From Syncephalis fuscata S228 (Eukaryota; Fungi; Zoopagomycota): a stretch of DNA of 32,056 bases. The stretch covers positions 1 to 32,056 of the forward strand of contig JAHLTZ010000082.1 in assembly GCA_025786725.1 (NCBI GenBank), written 5' to 3'. Each line of letters begins with the position of its first letter. The first letter of the stretch is position 1. The translations under genes were made by a program, and so were the position numbers. A model generated the notes under the pieces. It made no database searches and was not told where the DNA came from. It was given only the letters and a program-made list of their open reading frames with translations. Of the stretch, positions 1 to 8,762 are shown one piece after another.

Positions 1-630
1 AAGCTCAAAATACACGCCTGGATTCCGATGGCCCATGCCCGTCCGGCGAAACACTAACCTTTACTTATCTTGAAAACGGCCATGTTACTAAGGATAAATT
101 ACCAGACCGGCCAAATCCCAAGACATACACAATCCATTGGTCGTCAGCAGCAAACACCGATAGTATTAAGATGCGTTCTGATCTGTCGGAAAGCAACCAG
201 CTCGGTCCCGTGCATCAGTTTGACGATGGCCAATGCTCCGAGGATGGCTCGATGGGCCGTGCTGCACGCCCATGCCGCGGTAGCTTTACCATTCCAAGTA
301 ATGCAGCACCCGGCCGGCACCAGTTCGTTTGGTGGTGGAAGTTTGATAAGGCAGCGCCCGAGGAATATACCGCCTGTTTTGACGTTATGGTTTCGGGTAG
401 CGATGCACCTTCAAGTCCAGAACCTAGTCCAGAACCTAGTCCAGAGCCACGGCCCAATCCGCCATCATCACCATCTCCACCACCATCAAGCGACAACAAA
501 TGCGCTGGCCAGACCTACGACAAGAATGCATACGTGTGCGACAACGATCAGCTATGCACTATCGACAACCGTGCTTGCGGTAAAGCCTGCTATTCACCAT
601 CCCGTCAAGTGTGTTGACGGCAGTGCGTAG
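1..630 (+). CDS. LPMO-like (His-brace) protein paralog 1 with Pro/Ser linker and C-terminal CBM52-like module; 5'-truncated by window, apparent indels near 26, 44 and 612
   Basis: From 45 the frame reads GETLTFTYLENGHVTKDKLPDRPNPKTYTIHWSS...FDDGQCSEDG...RHQFVWWWKFDKAAPEEYTACFDV, nearly identical to the paralog at 1296-2275. It continues into an (SPEP)3 linker and CAGQTYDKNAYVCDNDQLCTIDNRACGKACYSPSRQVC (CBM52-type Cys pattern). Upstream homology SSKYTPGF-P-MAHAR-P-G needs two +1 C corrections. The stop is at 617, or at 630 (RQVCVDGSA*) if a GT is missing. Confidence 0.8.
414..449 (+). repeat. 3 x 12-bp coding tandem repeat encoding SPEP linker
   Basis: agtccagaacct agtccagaacct agtccagagcca. 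Confidence 0.9.
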
Positions 631-1295
631 TCTCTATTGTATGTGCCATCAGTCAGTTTAATTAATTATTTGCAGGACAAAATAAACTATAAATATAATA
701 ACTTATTCTGTTATAAATGGTTTTACTAGATTTGTATTTTTTTACTTACTATGCAGCTATTGGTATGTTTATAATAACCATCATTACAATTATTTGAATG
801 TGTAAAATGTTAAGTTTGATTATGTAGCAATAATAGACATATATTATATAGCTAATAGCTGCAATATGGTTGTAAATACGTTTCATTTTATCATATTGGC
901 ATATCCATTAACATGAGTTGCTTTGATAATAAATAGGCTGTTATCTAGAAATATTGTAGGCAGACAACTTTCTATGCTCTATTATTAGTTATGTTTATAT
1001 ATATAACTTTTTCAATATCGATATCAATATCGGTTTCTAGTTTCATTTCATTCTTATTACTTTTATATATTATCTAGTTTATTATATTTGATTGTAATAG
1101 TTAATAGTGATATTCTTAGCGTTAATCAATATTATTAACATCAAAACTACGATTAGGATAGCATCATAATAATGTGTTGTTTGGTCATCCAAATTGCAAT
1201 CTCTAAAATCAAAGTTGCAACAGTGCTATGTGAAATAAATAGTTAAAATAGTAAATATTTATTTATAATCCATACGATTCCAATTGTTTGCTTCA

Positions 1296-2275
1296 TTAGC
1301 AGCTATGTATTAGCTGAACAAGCTGATTGTTTGGGCAACATTTATATTGCTTTGGAGAATAACAAGCAGTGCCGCATGCTTTGGTACTCAACGGACACAG
1401 CTGGTTATTGTCGCAAACATAAAGTGAAGGATTATATGGTTGGCCTTTGCAGGAAAGAATACACTTGTATTGCTGGCAATTGGACGGCTAGTTGTAGCTG
1501 GCGAAGAGCTTTTGGCTGACGAGCTATTGCTTAAATCTTTACTATCCAGAGCAACATTACTGCCAACGGTGCTTTCGGGTATTGCCGCGTTCACCGTTGC
1601 CTCAGGATTGCTACCATCAAGGATCATAACATCAAAACAGGCGGTATACTCTTCTGGGCCCGCCTTATCAAATTTCCACCACCAAACAAACTGGTGCCGG
1701 CCAGGTGTAGCACTGCTTGGAATGGTGAAACTGCCGCGACATGGACGTTTAACACGGCCTGGTTGAAGACCGTCCTCGGAACATTGGCCATCATCAAATG
1801 GTAGAGCTGGACCGAGTTGGTTTTGTGCTGTCATATCCGACATCATTTTAATTGTGTCTTGATTTGCTGCTGACGACCAATGGATCGTGTATGTCTTGGG
1901 ATTTGGCTGGTCTGGCAATTTATCCTTTGTGACGTGGCCATTTTCAAGATAAGTCAAGGTTAGTGTTTGGCCGGGACGAGCATTGGCCATTGGAAATGCA
2001 GGCGCGTATTGTGTGCTTGAATCCTGTCGACCAGGGAAACAAGCAGGGACGTTTTGTCGATTGAGTATCCGGTAAGTCATATCGACGTCAATATGATTGG
2101 GGCTCCAGCCACGTTGGTAGCCATTGCACTGATTTGTGCTAATCGAATAATTGGTGCATTCAAGCCAGGAATGCGCGCCAACACTAGGCCATTGCTGGGC
2201 GAGTACAATGAAAGCGGCTAGCGCTATTGTACCAGCATTACGTTTAACACTAATATTATTTAAATAGATATTCAT
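1296..2275 (-). CDS. Secreted LPMO-like (His-brace) protein paralog 2 with Ser/Thr linker and frameshifted C-terminal CBM52-like module
   Basis: ATG at 2275; signal peptide ...ALAAFIVLAQQWPSVGA|HSWLEC with the His1 codon at 2173-2171. Mature H80 lies in YLENGH, and E174-E175-Y176-x-x-C179 follows. After the linker a different frame (1451-1296) reads CKGQPYNPSLYVCDNNQLCPLSTKACGTACYSPKQYKCCPNNQLVQLIHSC*, homologous to the paralog 1 module. One base appears to be missing around 1452-1488. Confidence 0.82.
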
Positions 2276-2743
2276 AATGACCGTATTTAGTATGAATTCA
2301 GAATAATACGCAAACAATGGTTGCTTGCATTCAAAATAGGTGCGCTACACTTAGTTGACGAATACAGGAGGTGATAGATTATAAAATGGCAGCAGGGTAT
2401 TCAAAAAGGCCAAGACTTTAGTTATAACCATGACATTGCAATTGAAAAAGGATGTTGCCATGTGAACTTGGAGTGGAAAAGCAAGTAAAACAATTTTCAT
2501 GTGTATTTTCAATAATAGTCGTTGTTCTAGACTCCATTCGGCAGCCAGAAATTGCTAAATATGAATTAAAAGACAAGTTCCCATAGCTTGTTATCCGCAG
2601 TAATATAATGTAAAAATTCTTAGTTGTGAAATAATTTGCATTTAAAGTCCGCACGTAAAACTGCCACACAATAAACAAATTAACTGCTTAATAATTTATT
2701 CCATTTACGGATAAGCACAATGCCTGACCGGCTAAAAACAGTC

Positions 2744-3565
2744 TTAATTAACGTGTTGCTGAGGAGCAATCGTGCCAGCCGCGACTTGATCACGAACTTG
2801 TTCGGGATAGTTGTACTGCGATGCATAGTCGAACCAATCGTTGCCATAGCCAGGATTGAATAGTGGCTTGTTACCAAGCCAGCGCGAAGCCTCGTTGGGT
2901 GGTAGCGCATCTCCTCGTTTCTCACCTGGAGAAAGTACATTGACATCGAAACAGGATGTATACTCTTCTTTGCCGTTAGTTTTGGCAAATTTCCACCACC
3001 ATACGACTTGGTGTCGTCCAGGTGCGGCGTCTTTTGGGATTGTTAGCCGACCCCAACATGGTCGTTTCACGCGACCAGCCGTTGTTCCTAAATCGGCACA
3101 ACCACCATCATCAAACTTAATCTCACGGCCAAGTTGGTTATTCTGGCTAAGATCAGCACGTGTCTTTATCGTATCGATATTTGTCGCAGTCGACCAATGT
3201 ACCGAGTAAGTGCCTGGATTCGGTGTGGGCAGATCAGCTACAGCATGGTTGCGCTCCATGTAGGTAAAAGTGATAGTTTGACCAGGAAATGCTCGTGCCA
3301 TAGGAAAACTGGGATTATCCGCTGCACGTTGCTGGTGGTTAGGAAAGCATGCTGGTGCTTTAGGATCACTTTGGCCTTTAAGACGCCAGGTCATTAGCGC
3401 ATCGCGATGCTGCGCGTCCCAGCCGCGCTGCCAGCCATGGCATTGTCCATTACGAAAATCAGTGCACTCAAGCCAGGAATGCGCCTTGGCTGGGTGGACG
3501 TCCGTAAGTAAAACACCAGCTGCGACTATAATAGCCGCTATAAGGGATGTAAGTTGCAAAATCAT
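2744..3565 (-). CDS. Secreted LPMO-like (His-brace) protein paralog 3, no CBM, aromatic-rich C-terminal extension
   Basis: Intact 273-aa ORF; signal peptide MILQLTSLIAAIIVAAGVLLTDVHPAKA|HSWLEC; H79 in YMERNH; FDDGGC; HQVVWWWKF; EEYTSCFDV. The six catalytic-domain Cys are shared with paralog 2. Confidence 0.85.
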   Translation of the reverse strand: MILQLTSLIAAIIVAAGVLLTDVHPAKAHSWLECTDFRNGQCHGWQRGWDAQHRDALMTWRLKGQSDPKAPACFPNHQQRAADNPSFPMARAFPGQTITFTYMERNHAVADLPTPNPGTYSVHWSTATNIDTIKTRADLSQNNQLGREIKFDDGGCADLGTTAGRVKRPCWGRLTIPKDAAPGRHQVVWWWKFAKTNGKEEYTSCFDVNVLSPGEKRGDALPPNEASRWLGNKPLFNPGYGNDWFDYASQYNYPEQVRDQVAAGTIAPQQHVN

Positions 3566-5463
3566 GGTTAGTTGCTAGTTAGTTTAGGATAATGAAATGA
3601 AAATGAATTTAAGATAATTTGCAGGCTTTATCTGTGAAAACGGGTGCTTTAAATATTTAATCCGCTTTTTTCTAAGGCGCTCTTCTCATACCTATTACCG
3701 CTTGTGCGATATAGTTTTTTCAAATGCACAACGGTTAAATCGTAGTCACTTTTACTTTGCTATCATTTACGTTAAAAGGTATAGTTTACTAAAACAGTGT
3801 TCGAGGTATGGTGTGTTTTAAAACATCTTTTTCCGTTTTTTTTGAAACAGCAGTCTTTTAATCATAATACTGCCTTGAATGGTAGTGATACAAACTGCTT
3901 TACTAGTTAAATAGTAAATGTTGCTTTGTTCTACACTATAAATACTTTAAACATGGCTTATTTGCAATTAAGCTTATTAATATTCGGTTCAGTGTATATA
4001 CGTGATAAAAATGATTTTACAAGTATGCAATTAGTTACGTTTTTATCTGCAGTAGCAGGCAACAAATAAACTTTGAATAATCACTGATTTATACCCATTT
4101 GTTTCAACTTGATACTGGTATTTAAAACTTAACGTCATAACTAAGTCCTATCCATTTTTGCATTGGTGTAACTTTTATCAAAACTGGTAATTTCGATGTG
4201 TGTATCTATCATGAATAGCAAGGATTACAGTAAAATAGACAAATCAAATACTATAAGACCCCATGACGTTTAACAGCTAGGTGCTTGATAGCATTGATAG
4301 AGGTGGTGGGCTGTAAGCTGATACATCATATGTTGGCTTATAGTCGATGGAACGCAATAATGTGTTTATACATATTGTTCATAAAAACATAACATACGAC
4401 AAACGTGTAACATTTTGTACCAACAAAGCCAAAGAACGCAATGTAAGAAGGTAAATATTGTTAAACTTTAGTTTACAGTCAAGTATCAAGTATAAGTAGG
4501 AAAGTGGCTATGTATATTAAATATATGAGCTGATTTATAGGCACAAAGTGATATATTTTATTTTTCATTAGTATTGTTTGCTCTGCATTAACATATTAGA
4601 ATATTGCAATTAGCTGCATTAGATACAGCTACAGTTGTGCTGCCCATTTTAACAATAATACCAGTAGTCTATTAGTCAGTTATTTTATTTATGTATATTA
4701 GTATTATTAAATTAATAAATGTGTGCTGTGTGTATTTTATTTTATATTCAATTTTATGTGCATTGATATTGATTGTTTGCTTGGTGGTCAAATGACTGAC
4801 ATTTAATAACATTTAATTTATTGAACATGATGGCGGGTGGTGAATGGCATCAAAGTTTAAAATACTTATCATGATAGATTATTATCCAGTATGCATATAT
4901 CCACCATTTACTTATATCATTTAACAATATAGTAGACACATTCTTTTCGCTGTAAAGCCAACAGTTTTTATTCATTTCGGTGATACACATATATATACTA
5001 TAATTTTAATACAATTATTCATTTTTCTCTAATTTGCTTTGTTTTACATCAATGTATATTATAATATCTATACTTATTTATTAAGGCTGTTTGTTCTTCT
5101 TTAGTTGCGTTTTCAACAAAGTTTGACTTGTTCGTTTTTTATTCTATTTTCTATGCATATATGAGCCGTTGCTATTTAGCCCATTTTGATTTTTTGTTTT
5201 AGAATCATTTTGCTATCACGTGAATAGGCATTAGCAGCCATCAGGTCTTACTTTAATTGGTAGAGGTATGGAATTCTACCGCCTTGGCCGAACAATAAAC
5301 ACAACGCTTGCGTTTTATTCTTTTTAATCCCTTCCTTGTTCGTTCGTTATTAGATATCCAGACTCCGGTTGGAACAAGGAGTTGGTTCATTTCCAAAGCT
5401 CATTTTCAAACTTTCTTTTCAAACATTGCATTATTAAGAATTACAAGCATTCATTATATTAGC

Positions 5464-6428
5464 ATGTCTTCATTTGCTATTTGGTCAGCGGTCACAACCA
5501 GCTGGCTTACATTTCCAGCTTTAGCAAGTGGCGACAAAAACTCCAATAAGCATGATGGCTGCCAAAGACGCGCTTGCGTAACCGGCCAGACTGCAGCTCT
5601 TAGCAATGTAGGTGATATCGTAAACGAGTTATTGACAAGCGGTCATTAATGTTAGCTATATACTAAAAAAAACAGCGCAACAATCCAACCGACACGATAA
5701 TCCATGCCAGTAGCGCCAAACTCCAGAACTTGAAAGAAGAGGTACCGCTTTGGGATAAATTATGGTCGCCTGCTACGGTAGTGACTATGGAACGCAAGTA
5801 CGCGGTTTGCCCTTGTGTTGGTAGGTATTGTGTTTCGCTTGTGTATAATCCCAAATTAAATATTTGTACAGCGGAGTTTTGGTGCTCCATCACATCGATT
5901 GCTTTTGCTTCACCAATTCTAATTTACCTATTTGTTCCCTATAATTTAATCTCATGGCAAATTCACGTTTGCTGCATATTTGGCATTTTATCCGCATCCG
6001 CCAGCACAATATACCATTGGACTCTTTTTAAGCTGTTTTCTTCGTTGGATGCAGCCATTGCCTGCACAACTATGCATGTATTTATGCTATTGGTGCTTGG
6101 TGAATGCTATCCATACCAGTCTTGGATAAGAAGCTCTAGCTTTTGGATATCAAATGTCGTTTTGGTGCTTGCCTACATCCTGCATCGGTGGGAAAATACG
6201 GCCAAGCCTGCAGTGCAAGTAATATCGTTTTCAGCTACGTTATTTAGCTGGGGCTTGATGCAGTTGGAAGAATGGTATGCTTTGGTGTTTGGCTGGCTAG
6301 GAATCATTTGCTTTCTAGTCGACCGTAAAAACATGGTAGCAGCGCATTCTATCTGGCATATTGGCGGCGGCCTTTCGCTAGGTTTGGCTGCGTGGGCGAT
6401 AATTTACCGTCAAATAGCTGACAATTAA
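5464..6428 (+). CDS. Alkaline ceramidase-like (CREST superfamily) multi-pass membrane hydrolase; exons 5464-5607, 5676-6428
   Basis: AEFWCSITS (cf. AEFWNTISN), SxxxH (STIYH), downstream D (SSLDAA) and HxxWH (HSIWH) Zn-site motifs; multiple hydrophobic helices. Phase-0 GTAGGT...AACAG intron at 5608-5675; exon 1 is less certain. Confidence 0.8.
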
Positions 6429-6434
6429 CAATAC

Positions 6435-6581
6435 AATCACTCTTTTATTAATTCACTACTTTAGAATAATTCCCAATACTTTATAATTATATATATATGA
6501 CCAACTTAATCACTCTTTTATTAATTCACTATTTTAGAATAATTTCCAATACTTTATAATTACATATATGACCAACTTAAT
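6435..6581. repeat. Tandem direct duplication, about 72-bp unit x2, immediately after the ceramidase stop
   Basis: aatcactcttttattaattcacta(c/t)tttagaataatt(c/t)ccaatactttataatta...atatgaccaactt at 6435-6507 and 6508-6578, with a few substitutions and a 2-bp AT indel. Confidence 0.95.
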
Positions 6582-7223
6582 AAATGGCTAAACATTACAT
6601 ATATTATATTGATATTTATGTGCTAATTCATTTGTAAATAATATATTTTAAACAAATGCCTATTATTACTATAGCAAAATTATGCTTTATAATAAATTGC
6701 TTGTTTTTAACAATTTATTGAAATCACTACTTAATTACGTTCACCATTTTAAACATAGCTATAATTCAGCCATTGTTAAACTAGAAGGTTGCATAGTAAT
6801 CTTGTTATTACATGCTTTGTTAGTAAGCAATAGCCAATTGTATGTAACTGTGTTACGTAAAGCAAGTGTGACATTATTCAATGGATTTGCAATTTATCTA
6901 TAGTTTACCAGAGAAATACGGCCTTCCTTTGCGCCATTATAGCAATTCTATTTTGGTAAACAATCTGCTTAATTAAGTAATTTAATATACCGGATTTTTA
7001 ATTTATTTATTTACAGAAAAGACCACCTATATTTATATTTAGTTATTCAATATCCGCTAATTAGGTACTATTCTTGTACCGAGCAAACCACCAAGCTTTT
7101 TTATACAAAAATAGTGTTGCAGAATCCTCAATTGACCTGATACGCTCATTATTTTCCATTCTTCTTCTACTATCTTTTTGATAAATAACACCAGTGACTT
7201 GTCAAAGAAATAGACCACTAACG

Positions 7224-8356
7224 ATGATTAACATATCCAAAAGTGTCTCTGCTCTCGTTGTCGCCGCATTGATTTTAGTTTCAACATGCCAGGCTGCTAC
7301 GATTCCAGCGGCAACTACGACAGATAGAGCAGAAGTGTTAACAAAAGCTCCCAAATCTATTGGATATGACCCAAGTATGCATTTATGTACATTTTACACG
7401 ACCGCATTAACCATATGTTATAAATGTAGCAACAAATACATTTTATGGCTACAAAATAGGCGTCAAGGATGCATTTGGTGATCCAGGACTTCAGTTTATT
7501 GACGATAAATCCTTAACTGCTGGTGCAAAGTCCATTCGTGCTATAAAAGATGATGGTCACAAGTATCTTTTTAGATGCGCAGCACCCAAGGAACTCCAGA
7601 TTAAATCAAGTGATACTGGGATTACTGACCGAAGACTGCAATTTCAAGAGGTATGTTGTCACAGCCCAAGAGCTCATGGCTAAACTAAATTGCATAATAG
7701 CAATGTGCTACCCGCTATTTCGATAAAGGCGATTACACGGCCCAAGAGGCAGCTGGCTGCCCAATGATCCATGCTCTCACAAACGATCCCAGTTGCTATG
7801 GCGACTTGGAACGAGATGCACCGATGAACCTCAGCCAAGCTGTCAACAAATTCAAAACCAATCCTCAAGAATTTGAAGACATATTTGAACAAATCAAGAA
7901 TGGTATGTTTTTATTAAATATATATATACAATTAGTATTAATATCTCTACTACCAGGTATGCAGATTATTGATAGTTTGAAATGGTATTACCATATAACG
8001 GACGAAAGTAAGTTAGCCTCACAACTATATCCCACTGCAATGTTCATTTTCTCGCAGATGTCATAGTTTATAAAGATAAAACCAAGTACAAGGTTCAGTT
8101 TACTCATGTTGAAAGTGCGGTACCTCGATCTGTGCTTCGCAACACGTATAAGTCGCCGGCCTATAATGCATGGATCGAGAAACAAAACAAAGTCACTAGC
8201 GATTTGTATGAGCGGATCTATAAGTTGCTATATCCAAAGGATACGTCACAAGAAACGGAACTCAAGGTTCAAAATGCTCTTAAATCGATTATATTAACAA
8301 ATACTTCAAAAGTATTCGGGAAACTAAACAAATTAGCCAAGGCTGTAAAAGGTTAA
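7224..8356 (+). CDS. Secreted protein (307 aa), probable degenerate protein-kinase-like fold; exons 7224-7374, 7430-7650, 7701-7902, 7957-8007, 8058-8356
   Basis: Signal peptide MINISKSVSALVVAALILVSTCQA. Four canonical GTA...AG introns give one continuous frame of 924 nt. The segment IFEQIKNGMQIIDSLKWYYHITDENVIVYKDKTKYKVQFTHVESA aligns by eye with kinase alphaE/catalytic loop/beta7-beta8. Confidence 0.7.
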
Positions 8357-8762
8357 CGCACCGTGTGCCAATTCTTGACTACAATGGCTTATGGCTTAGC
8401 AAATGTAGCATATTGCACAATCGGTTAATTGGCCAGTTTCCATTTACTTATTTATAGTTTTATATAAATGATCAATTTCTGCTACTGTTTTAAAAGATTT
8501 ATTGAATTGTTTAACGCGAAGAGAAATGAATAATTACAATTGCTAAATATGGTGACGGTGAAAGAATATGAGAGATATGCCAACAGCTAAAATAAAACAT
8601 TCAATAGCAAAAATATAAGTAAACAACACTACTGTTTATTGATAATAAATGAAATGGGTATTTGCGCTAACTATTGCGAATAACTGCGCGTCATCATCGG
8701 TATTCACATATATGTTTAAGTGGGTTCAATAGCCCAAACATTTGATTGTGGTAGAATACTGT

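Noticed and set aside
70-630. 186-aa ORF with His-run
   Set aside because: Alternative frame of paralog 1; only its last codons (CVDGSA) may be real.
1388-1460. Hydrophobic tail of the 309-aa ORF as a GPI signal, or a programmed frameshift giving two isoforms
   Set aside because: It overlaps an intact CBM52-like sequence in another frame, there is no slippery heptamer, and other indels in the window favour error.
2276-2317. Upstream extension MFAYYSEFILNTVI of paralog 2
   Set aside because: Begins at a non-ATG codon; ATG 2275 gives a suitable signal peptide.
1440-3397. Plus-strand ORFs 1440-1766, 2856-3209 and 3134-3397 (and minus 215-499) that resemble each other
   Set aside because: Antisense shadows of the paralogous genes; the similarity is inherited from the sense strand.
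6435-6581. Possible CRISPR-like array
   Set aside because: Only two adjacent copies, no spacers, eukaryotic context.
6682-6903. Short AT-rich ORFs here and at 12766-12951 and 23826-24014
   Set aside because: Low-complexity I/L/Y/N composition expected by chance in AT-rich spacers; no motifs.
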